A DNA stretch of 64,000 bases, taken from IMG/VR virus record IMGVR_UViG_3300032093_000024; one strand, written 5' to 3'. The notes beneath the pieces are model-generated. The model saw nothing but the letters and a program-made list of their open reading frames with translations. It was not told the origin of the DNA and did no database searches. A program made the translations under genes and the position numbers. The stretch is from an uncultured virus (IMG/VR IMGVR_UViG_3300032093_000024) (taxonomy: Duplodnaviria > Heunggongvirae > Uroviricota > Caudoviricetes). Every line of letters begins with the position of its first letter. The stretch's first letter is position 1. This document shows positions 59,201 through 64,000 of the stretch, piece by piece.

Positions 59201-60333
59201 ACACTCCAACTTGCTCTTACTCTATCTCTAGCATCAATATTTCCACCACTACCACTAATAAAACGAGAACCACTAGCATACATACCATACAAACCAAACG
59301 AAATGTTTGAGTTGTTTAGGGTAGCATGTCCACCATTGTTTACTCTAATTGCATAATATGAGAAGTTATTAAAGAAAGATACGAGCTGAATGAATCCTCT
59401 ACCATTTACCAAACAACCAACTCCGTTTGGAGAAATTTGTGTATAGGCATCTAATACCATTGAAGCGAGTGGTGAATCAGGATTGATTACATCACCATTA
59501 ACATACAATCCACCACCGCCAGGAGGAATTTCTTCATAAAGCTCCGTAAATGAATTCTCTTGGTTAGAAATTTGTGAACAGTTCTGAACGTATGGTGAAG
59601 TTGTGATAAATGCACCAGGTTGGAACGCTACAGCAAATCCTTTTTCAGGATTTATTTGGTCAGGAAATAATCTCAATCCTCCCATAGTAACCTCTGCGAT
59701 ATAACAACCAGAGTTTACATAGAATAAGTCTTCAGTAGGGTTTTTAGCGTTGATTTTTGTAATACGCAAACCTGCACCCCAAATAGTTGTATTTTTAGGA
59801 AGTATAACAGGGTTATCTTCCAAATATGTACCAGCCTGAACTTTAATTACATATCCATTTTGAATAGAACCCGTATCAAAACCATAACGTCCATCGTATC
59901 CAGGTGCTGCTAATGATGCAGCTCTTTTAATTGTACGAAGTGGAAATTGAATAGTTCTACCATCATTTGTATCATCACCATCGGTAGAAGAAACATATAG
60001 TGTAGGTACGTTAGCACCAAAATCTTTTGCCAAAATACCAGAATATCTTTGTGTATCTTCTGCTAATATTGTGTTTGATGATGTAATTGATAAAACAGTA
60101 TTAGGTGCTCCCGTTTTTAGAACACCATCAATTATCAACGAACCAGTTAAAAATACTGAACCTGTAATCTCATTTTTTGAACCGGTATCGTTTCCCATAA
60201 AGAAACTTTTTGATACAAAAAGTGAGCCAGAAATAATCGCATCATTTCCTAAAAACAAGTTTTCCGCAACCGTTAAAGACCCGGTTATATTTTGTTGTTC
60301 TTCAATTTGTTTACGAGGTATCAGTCTAGCCAT
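47242..60333 (-). CDS. Giant virion protein (4363 aa): beta-helix-like N-terminal domain + 23 CxRD helical modules
   Basis: LYVSSTDGDDTNDG..PLRTIKRA..IKVQAGTYLEDNP..SPYVQNCS (pectin-lyase-like start); 23 copies of Yxxx[KTS]CxRDxG..D...GGNERS..AG.YY.YPS. Confidence 0.85.
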   Translation of the reverse strand: MARLIPRKQIEEQQNITGSLTVAENLFLGNDAIISGSLFVSKSFFMGNDTGSKNEITGSVFLTGSLIIDGVLKTGAPNTVLSITSSNTILAEDTQRYSGILAKDFGANVPTLYVSSTDGDDTNDGRTIQFPLRTIKRAASLAAPGYDGRYGFDTGSIQNGYVIKVQAGTYLEDNPVILPKNTTIWGAGLRITKINAKNPTEDLFYVNSGCYIAEVTMGGLRLFPDQINPEKGFAVAFQPGAFITTSPYVQNCSQISNQENSFTELYEEIPPGGGGLYVNGDVINPDSPLASMVLDAYTQISPNGVGCLVNGRGFIQLVSFFNNFSYYAIRVNNGGHATLNNSNISFGLYGMYASGSRFISGSGGNIDARDRVRASWSVVVDVLNRGLDALPEVTTLNTAEGIRLSSPSQFPQYTTSSGVELSSTAADEISADFKLVSEIVDSGTSNYPTLLARSSNKGFSSESPYNILGATQITGSYSGSATPLSASQGDLNQISSSFGVLLGIFSNGTGSYDFKSSTSASIRRTSIIPSPASPALPNDVTASISSSFETVIDIIKNGLSVVPKLTSSLSASFYIGGLEPVQSGISSSVETINKVSASFSIIYNILSNGTGSNILPIPNNHRRNYTITNVNSSSYNWDGVGNNPTITLFRGETYKFYVSASEGQGGIDYPFFIRTQPVETIANTFDYNKGVINNGDSVGNITFTVPYDAPNTLYYTSQINNTLSGRFFIINNSETPRELIANTLTYPATISGSVASEDTDIINAFEILTGSKAFIQEEVIQYISSSWSGVDGFYYNEATCRRDVGFLIDAVAQDLLLGGNDKSITAGRFYYEYPSSAITSQKDPTKTAVKYAARLAIELIKNKTFRDIDLDAYTQKRKTAWQVINNNKSFIQNETIAFLSSSWSNFYYNEAKCKRDVGYILDAVATDTLYGGNERSIEAGEFYYLYPSLAIVEGDGDGNGQLGQTLDGIRFAAGLVNNLVAGKTFSLPTTSSQAAYSLIRSNKSLIQNEVIEFVNVAFPQLSYNQEKCRRDVGYILDNVSTDLLYGGNERSVIAGKYYYEYPSIATTTQRRETIGAIKYAKIITDYIVSNIILDTPRIVNNDERNFKVTNNTNVTSSNSGTQTQQNSISSSFAIIEGIIKRGISAVPSILAQNTGLNWGKDNPLNVTSGSQVTSSFVSPSEVNKIGSGYDIVNTIIAGGIAAEPAITYSQANAIKVTSLAQYSGSNAASGALSSSLSASISLIGTIITNGTGSIPLYTSSVAANIKVTATSLETLAIPATTAESQSISSSMKLITDVLVSGKSVIPVLTSSLSQNIKVSATEQYVSSSYSGSLEDVAFISSSISIVTKIIERGESAGVFGKQPYTAPLSSSNARAAYEIIKQNIDFIQDETIAYLSSSWSTFEYDEAKCRRDVGLIISGAAEDLIFNVNSSSVVNGQFYYEYPSQATGSQLAQTLDGINYASRLAQKLIQNIELQQFTGSRASASFLILNNKDFIADETIAYMSSSWGSFDYNETTCRRDIGYILDAIRTDIIYGGNERTRIAADYYFTYPSAATGSQLIQTTDAINYASRLAQKIVVGETFTQASLNSINASELIRRNKELIAAEVVEYVSSSWSGVYYNEAKCKRDVGYILDAVRTDLVYGGNERSIVAGDFYYRYPSAATVGGEPSVSQQLDPTITGVYYANQLVQNIIKNVSLTNPSEAVLAARKLVKDNRTFLQQNTIEYVNDTYPTLNYIQSKCFRDVGFITDNVLTDLVYGGNERAITAGRFYFLYPSQATDAQVTETTDAVRFTRDLAKLVAIGGKAIEDSFDNVAKIIESGSSAFPTLVSNTENGIKKTSEVQTITSSIVNQTDKNIVSQSFGNVINIIDKGISAIPTITSSSIKGVIRLTNNQFSSSVQPLPSDSAKVTTGFNIVLDIIANGTGSIPNLVNNASGLIKNTNYPQFISTASISNTFITGSNNSFDIVLDIVKEGTGSLPTLVKNVNALLRITNETQYSSSVAVSKSLANNITSSFNRVINILENGTGSLPTLVLNTVNNIKVTSTPQYISASSATQTEVNAISASISIVTNIISNGTGSFIANLPTSSYTSSVSSSAVLAAYGILKQNIPFIQNEVIAYLSSSWSTASYDEEKCRRDVGLIISGAAEDLIWNSNSASVVNGKFYYDYPSQAQGSQLNQTLDGVFYASRLAQKLIVNTVLSYPNSQSLVAHDILVNNKRFIQEETIAYLSSSWASHSYDQNTCKRDVGYIIDAVATDVKWGGNERTIKAGVYYYLYPSEATGSQIQETVTGIGYARDLADKLLRGNTFSKVSQNRLQARELIYNNKGFIADEVIAYVSASWSTASYNEQTCKRDVGYILDAVATDLVYGGNERSIEAGEFYYRYPSQATTSQLGPTLSGIKHAKHMVEQILNNRVFVTASLSVQTTYNLVKENKDLVQTETIGFLNSAWSFFQYDQIKCRRDVGYIIDAVATDILYGGNERSREAGEYYYLYPSLAIVEGDGNDEGQLDQTLDGIKHAKGLVEKVAKNITLLQPTNSELTAWNLLRQNKQLIQKETIAFLSSSWTNVGGFTFNELSCSRDVAYIIDNVATDLLYGGNERSSKAGEYYYLYPSAAVYTSSISPTTNAQKGPTIDGIQFAAGISQKVISSQLLTSPTEFVSSSYNLLKNNRTFIQNETIQFIDAFYPYLRYNREKCRRDVGYIVDNVATDLWYGGNQRSIIAGDYYYRYPSKATKVDQVVETVAGVEYAKSLSKKIVQNLQLSSPTLVSNTNANIRVSHITPITSSISATTVEINKVSSSFALVTEIIAGGLNVVPPLVTNSSSSIKVSNESQITSSVSASSIEVGITTASFGLIRDIIYWGSASVPDSLANNYNYGFQLSTPTLLHISSITQSLGSGTYNTQTASISSSFGNVINIINNGTGSIPTLVSNTSSSIKTTTATAISITGSGSEINRIGNLFGIVLNIVNTGTSVIPTLIPNTSASIKVTATPQIISGSSADRLQAKLISSSFSLVIDTLLNDGTSSVVYEAPAITPNTNAKINNAYNLLLDNKQMIIDETIAFMSSSWSTFVYNEASCSRDVGLIISGAAFDLLYGGNSASFVNGRFYFDYPSQATGSQLDQTVTALKFAGGMAEKVVRNTVLTHFSSSFVSSSWASLRTNKQFIVSESIAYLSSSWQGFVYSQSKCERDLGYIIDAVATDILYGGNERSIIAGRYYYDYPSEATDEQLEPTLTGVRHARGLAMNIVSGSTFVSPSANNQTAYNLIKNNKTFIQEETVAFVNAKWPELDYIESKCRRDVGYIVDAVATDLLYGGNERSNKAGEFYYLYPSLATESEQVVETTTAIDYARRLTEQIINSNLIAEPQIILNTANNIKVTGTTQYSASYSASAYEVNRVSSSFAVVTNIVEVGTGSIPSLISNTSESIKFTNANQYITASSNYGTTYEASLISASISIVTNIVAIGTASLPTPVVYTTPSTASNVYYAYNLLKENIGFIQNETIAYISSSWSTASYDETKCKRDVGLIISGAAEDMLFGVDSASIVNGKFYFESASQATDSQLNYTLDGLFYASKLAQKVLQNIEYQTASIERTTAWTLLNQNKPFIQNETIAYISSSWVTGSNSDVAFTYNEDKCKRDISHIIDAVATDVYYGGNERIRTAGLYYYLYPSAATGSQLDETLDAMRYAGQLAQKVIVNTQFFTASIYASASHALMKQNKAFIQEETIAYVSSSWVGLQYTESKCRRDVGHLIDAVSTDILYGGNERSAKAGLYYFLYPSLATGSQLESTVNAIDYAGGIAKNIIQNKVFVTASQVVSASVALLRSNREFIQEETLHYLTSSWANFNYDKAKCRRDVGYIIDGVATDLLYGGNERTVMSGEFYFKYPSKATLLGDGDGDGQLKQTNDGINYASRIAQKVIQNVEFNTASLAVSSSVYLLRENKNFIAAEAIAYVSSSWSGVKYNEASCSRDVKYLIDAATTDLLYGGQERSVIAGTYYYLFPSRATNAGVPSEQNQLDPTITGVRYAGRLASKSVTNPTYVDVWVASGSLMRTAQLLTFNKPLIQKETITFLSSSWSTLKYNEVSCSRDLGFIIDAIRTDLVYGGNERSIEAGSYYYRIPSVAIAESYTDNGEVGQKKQTVDGINFARGIAEKLVRNTQLTYLAPSTKRRQAAARLVAAKDELKQRAIGYTNGAFPYLVYNEASCSRDTGLIVDACATDLLYGGNERAIAAASSYYTGQYGSAQAVISSQKLETLETNRYLRTRAEFIAAGAPLESFGSLIVATGIDYSYNGSGVTFKALPPNQGGSGVANPAFEITELGGGRIFFTSGNQDGDFRIGTGLSINQATGTLVGRTFSKSLFSLVTPFSLALQI
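47540..59230 (-). repeat. Protein repeat array: 23 CxRD modules (~105-115 aa) in 5 clusters plus 23 single-helix units (~50 aa) in 5 runs
   Basis: Counted by eye in the translation; DNA-level echoes such as ctttcattaccaccata and caacatctct recur. Confidence 0.85.
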
Positions 60334-60716
60334 TATACAATTTCTACTATTTTCCCTTTTATTTCAAAATCTGCTGCCTTTACCTCTTTTGGTAATCTGG
60401 TAATATCCGCAACAAACGTAACAATTATATTATTACCAACAATCTCAATTCCATAACGATTTTGAGGTTGTTTTACACCATATAAATAGATATCAATGTA
60501 ATCTTTTATATTATCAACTTCTAAAATATCAATTACAAATCTTTTATTAGTAAGTGTTAATTTAAAATATATATCATTTTCTACTTCCATCAAATCTGGT
60601 ACATAGTTAAAAGTAAACGTTTCTTTGTTTACCTGAAGTACAAATTCTCTAAAGCCTAATCTATCTCTTAGCCTTTGAGTGGTATCAATATTAATATTTG
60701 GAAGTTTTCTACTCAT
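60333..60716 (-). CDS. Hypothetical protein
   Basis: 127-aa ORF, coupled to neighbours; IDIYLYGV..IIVTF..FEIKGKI resembles C-terminus of 61073..62167. Confidence 0.7.
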   Translation of the reverse strand: MSRKLPNINIDTTQRLRDRLGFREFVLQVNKETFTFNYVPDLMEVENDIYFKLTLTNKRFVIDILEVDNIKDYIDIYLYGVKQPQNRYGIEIVGNNIIVTFVADITRLPKEVKAADFEIKGKIVEIV

Positions 60717-61071
60717 TATTATAAAGTTCTAAATCACCATTTATTTTAATTTCATCTGAATCTTCTAAAGCATAAATATTTCCAAACCTATCATATTCTG
60801 GAAAATTACTTCTTTTAAATTTTATGTAAAAATATTCATTTTTATTTTCGTATATATAGTCATTATAAGAAATATATAAACCATTTATAAAAACATCAAA
60901 TCTAGCATCTGGTTTTCTCAACCCTTCCAATAAAGGAAATAAAGTTTTTACTCTAACTGATTTTACTTTATAAATCCAGTATAAAGGATGTTGCAAATCG
61001 TCAGGTACCAAAATAAATTCATTTGGTTCATTTACTTCTTTCATTATATTTTTAAGTTGTCTAATATTCAT
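60709..61071 (-). CDS. Hypothetical protein
   Basis: 120-aa ORF; FDVFINGLYI..ALEDSDEIKINGDL resembles FRVYINGDFI..ALDANDEIEITGKF of the upstream gene. Confidence 0.7.
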   Translation of the reverse strand: MNIRQLKNIMKEVNEPNEFILVPDDLQHPLYWIYKVKSVRVKTLFPLLEGLRKPDARFDVFINGLYISYNDYIYENKNEYFYIKFKRSNFPEYDRFGNIYALEDSDEIKINGDLELYNNE

Positions 61072-61072
61072 A

Positions 61073-62167
61073 TTATGCTAATTGTTCAAATTTACCTGTG
61101 ATTTCTATTTCATCGTTTGCATCTAATGCAAAAGATAAGCCTGTGAATACAAAAGTAATTTCATTTGTTGCGTTATTAAATGTATAAGAATAATTTGGTA
61201 CAAACACACCACTATTGTTATAGTTACCTGGTGAAATAAAATCTCCATTAATATAAACTCTAAACCAATTTTTTGTATCAAATACTCCAATTAGTTCATT
61301 TGGTAAAATGGGTTGTCTAACATTTGTTAATTTTATTGTATTACTATTTACAAAAACAGCAGTTTGTACACTTTTTAAACCAATAAAATCAATTACTTGT
61401 GCATATTCATTGTATAAGGAATTGTTTGTAAATGCATCTCCTGTCAAATCGGTTTCAACGCTAAATTGTACTCTTTTTGGAGTCATTTGTTTTTTTACAG
61501 TAGGTTTTTCATTATATCTTTCTGGTATTAAATAAGCATTTACTACCATAGTAAAGGTTGTACGAATAATTCTTTCAGAACCTTGCCCCACCTCTTGTTG
61601 ATTTTCAAACCCATTAATTCTTGTGACAAATCTTCTACCATCTTCTTTGCCCCAATATCTATCAGTTGCGTATTGAAATGCTTCAACTATTTTATTCATA
61701 TGTTCCGTAAAAGAAGTCCATATCATTACTTCATATGTGATTGTTACATAAGCTGGAACATGAACACTATAACTTTCATATGCTGGTCCTGCATTATTTT
61801 GTAAAGTAAATCTTTCATATCTATTTTTTTGAGTATATTTTTTAACTGCAGGAATAGTGAGTTGTTCTCTAAAATGTTGTAAGTTTGTATTTCTATCAAT
61901 AGAGTTTCTTTTAAACATTACTAAAGGTATTTGTATTCTACCTCTTTGGTCTCTTAAATATCCATCTTTTCTTGCGTTGTTCCATCTCTCTGCATTTCCA
62001 TAAATTAAAGGTACTTTAAGTGTGTTACCATTTTCATCTAAATCAGGTATAATTACAGATGACATATAATCGGCAATAGTAGAGTCAACATCAATTAGAG
62101 AAACTCCTTTGATATATTTTTTTTCTATTGGTAATTGTTTTGCTCTATTTTTTTCTTTATTATCCAT
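61073..62167 (-). CDS. Tail terminator / sheath stabiliser (T4 gp15-like) with C-terminal extra domain
   Basis: KVPLIYGNAERW, IQIPLVMFKR, VPAYVTITYEVMIWT..MNKIVE; order gp13-gp14-gp15. Confidence 0.7.
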   Translation of the reverse strand: MDNKEKNRAKQLPIEKKYIKGVSLIDVDSTIADYMSSVIIPDLDENGNTLKVPLIYGNAERWNNARKDGYLRDQRGRIQIPLVMFKRNSIDRNTNLQHFREQLTIPAVKKYTQKNRYERFTLQNNAGPAYESYSVHVPAYVTITYEVMIWTSFTEHMNKIVEAFQYATDRYWGKEDGRRFVTRINGFENQQEVGQGSERIIRTTFTMVVNAYLIPERYNEKPTVKKQMTPKRVQFSVETDLTGDAFTNNSLYNEYAQVIDFIGLKSVQTAVFVNSNTIKLTNVRQPILPNELIGVFDTKNWFRVYINGDFISPGNYNNSGVFVPNYSYTFNNATNEITFVFTGLSFALDANDEIEITGKFEQLA

Positions 62168-62628
62168 TATATTGTTCTCATTTCAGTTTGTATTGCGCTT
62201 CTTCTAGTCATAAACGTAGAACAAACAATTGAAAATCTTTCATCTTCACCAACTCTACCACCAACTAATTGGTCTTCTCTAACATTATCAATTTCAAAAT
62301 ACCCGTCATTATGGTAAATAATATCACCAATTTCAGGATAAAAATCTTTTTCTTTTAAAGTAAATCTATTAAAGCGAAATTCAACATTTTGAGAAACATC
62401 AGAACCAAATCCTTCATAATTTGATGTAGTATCTTCTCTTTGAATTATAGCACTACATTCAACACCTTGATAAAATGTTTTATTCAAAGATTCTCCATAT
62501 AAATTGGTTGTACTGTTTTCTATAATTAATTTATATAAAACTACAGTAGTTTCTACTACTGCATCAACTAATTCTCTAGATATACCTTCAAAAAATTTTA
62601 TATCTCTTGTTAGTGCAAAACGTGCCAT
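62167..62628 (-). CDS. Neck / head-closure protein (T4 gp14-like)
   Basis: TNLYGES, YPEIGDIIYHNDGYFEIDNV; between gp13-like and gp15-like genes. Confidence 0.7.
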   Translation of the reverse strand: MARFALTRDIKFFEGISRELVDAVVETTVVLYKLIIENSTTNLYGESLNKTFYQGVECSAIIQREDTTSNYEGFGSDVSQNVEFRFNRFTLKEKDFYPEIGDIIYHNDGYFEIDNVREDQLVGGRVGEDERFSIVCSTFMTRRSAIQTEMRTI

Positions 62629-62632
62629 AATA

Positions 62633-63799
62633 TTAACCTATATAAATTGGAAGAGGAACTTTTCGTAACATTTCTTGATGAGCCGTAGCTTCAGTATTTC
62701 TATTTTCAAATTGCTTTGTTCTCTCTAATTCTGCTAAAGTTTCTCTCAATTGTGTCATTAAGTTTTCTTTTTCCGTTGTTGCTTCTGCTCTCAACGCGGC
62801 TCCATCCAAACTAATTTCGGAACCAGGAATTGGAATTTGAGAATATTTTTCTCTCACAGCACCCAATAGTTCTTTTACTAAAGCCAATGTATATTTTCTA
62901 ATCCATTGTTTACCCACATCATTAATACCATTGTATTCCATAAAATCATATGGAATATCCGAATAATCCGAAATAACATTTGATGTTATTGATGTTGAAT
63001 TTTCAGTAAAATCATCTTTTACAAAATAATCAAAATATAATCTTCCGTATAAATTTACCTGTTGAGAGGTTGGTTTTGGAAATACTCTTATTTTACCATT
63101 TACAATATTGAAAGTAAATGCCGATTTTCTGAATTGGTCATTAAATTCAATTGCCTGAATTCTTAACATATCTTCAAATATTGGCATCAATATAAATTGT
63201 GCCGCTGGAGAATATGAACCAAATCCAAATTCGTCAATAAGGTTTAATGTACCCTGTCCACTTACTGAATATGGGTCAAAGAATCTATTGATTGCAGGTA
63301 CTGGTTCGTGGAATACTTTTACAATTTCTATTCGTTTTCCACTTTCAGAAACAGCTGACCATAATGTATCCAAATCATATTCTTGTTTACCAGGAACCAA
63401 TTCAACATATCCTTTTTTGATATCGGTATTTCCACCAACACCAACTAATGTACCATATGCATCAGAAATTGAAATAAGTGTTGGAAGGTTTGAACCTTGT
63501 ACTAATTTACTTGTAAGTGAATTTGCTTTTGATTTACCACGTAATGTATCTAAATTATTACGAATATTAAATTGATTTACCTGTGCGCCATATTCGGAAA
63601 TTGATTCCTCAAAGCATGCATAGAAATTTTCATCTATTAATTCTATATTTTGGATAGGATATCCCAATCTTCTAGCACACCAAAGTGCCACTTTTGGAGC
63701 ATCTTCTTGGAATTCATAATCAGTATCATAAATTCCAAAAGGTGTCTGACCTGGGAAAAACGATGAAGAACCAGGATATACGAGTGTTTCTAATGCCAT
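62633..63799 (-). CDS. Neck / head-tail adaptor protein (T4 gp13-like)
   Basis: WCARRLGYPIQNIEL, WIRKYTLALVKELLGAVREKY..IPG..LDGAAL, ends PLPIYIG. Confidence 0.8.
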   Translation of the reverse strand: MALETLVYPGSSSFFPGQTPFGIYDTDYEFQEDAPKVALWCARRLGYPIQNIELIDENFYACFEESISEYGAQVNQFNIRNNLDTLRGKSKANSLTSKLVQGSNLPTLISISDAYGTLVGVGGNTDIKKGYVELVPGKQEYDLDTLWSAVSESGKRIEIVKVFHEPVPAINRFFDPYSVSGQGTLNLIDEFGFGSYSPAAQFILMPIFEDMLRIQAIEFNDQFRKSAFTFNIVNGKIRVFPKPTSQQVNLYGRLYFDYFVKDDFTENSTSITSNVISDYSDIPYDFMEYNGINDVGKQWIRKYTLALVKELLGAVREKYSQIPIPGSEISLDGAALRAEATTEKENLMTQLRETLAELERTKQFENRNTEATAHQEMLRKVPLPIYIG

Positions 63800-63824
63800 T
63801 ATAAGTACTTATTTTAACGTTACC

Positions 63825-63832
63825 TATAAATA
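63825..63832 (-). promoter_or_regulatory. Putative late promoter motif TATTTATA (representative of 14 intergenic copies)
   Basis: 25 nt upstream of gp13-like ATG; other copies listed in findings. Confidence 0.6.
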
Positions 63833-63861
63833 TTAGAAAAGGGAAGTTTAGTTATTTGGGA

Positions 63862-64000
63862 TTAATTATCCAATTGTTTCCATTGTCCACCATCCCATCC
63901 ATAGAAATGAGAATCGGTTGTATTAAAGTAAAGTGCTCCAGAGTTTGGTGAAGATGGAGCAGATACATGGTTTGGTAAAATAATACTAGCGCTTACGTTT
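63862..64000 (-). CDS. 3' end of a fibre-like protein (partial)
   Basis: Own translation: ..LPNHVSAPSSPNSGALYFNTTDSHFYGWDGGQWKQLDN*; G.LYFNT...F.G.DG..W is a common phage fibre motif. Confidence 0.65.
   Translation of the reverse strand, partial: NVSASIILPNHVSAPSSPNSGALYFNTTDSHFYGWDGGQWKQLDN

Noticed and set aside
816..63575. The many short plus-strand ORFs in the track
   Set aside because: They lie antisense within well-supported minus-strand genes and show no recognisable motifs.
1..64000. Stop-codon reassignment (alternative genetic code)
   Set aside because: Standard code gives uninterrupted, densely packed ORFs up to 4363 aa with no systematic breaks.

Overview
A 64-kb segment of a large, AT-rich, contractile-tailed (T4-like/jumbo-type myovirus) phage genome. 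All real genes lie on the minus strand. Left ~11 kb: 5'-3' exonuclease (partial), RecA/UvsX, gp32-like SSB, GH19 endolysin, a 1434-aa multidomain protein, a signal-peptide-bearing non-specific nuclease, a miniature family-A DNA polymerase and a complete phage tmRNA. Remainder: a virion morphogenesis region with baseplate hub, LysM, tube initiator, tape measure, tail chaperone, tube, sheath, three giant fibre/structural proteins (2872, 3513 and 4363 aa) and neck/tail-terminator proteins. TTTG-N20-TATATTTR promoters and a signal peptide cleaved before Gln point to a Bacteroidota host; a second motif (sense TATTTATW) marks nearly every intergenic gap. Most striking: (i) the 4363-aa protein has 23 helical modules with an invariant Cys-x-Arg-Asp motif that aligns without gaps to the phycobiliprotein chromophore site, plus exactly 23 separate single-helix units arranged like balanced parentheses, suggesting a nested, branched fold; (ii) a probable programmed +1/-2 frameshift at a U7 run in the tail chaperone gene; (iii) ~1000-residue Pro-poor Gly-X-X (Ser/Thr) tracts with periodic aromatic interruptions and intact type-1 copper-like sites in the fibres. 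All calls are by eye from motifs and gene context; no database searches were run.
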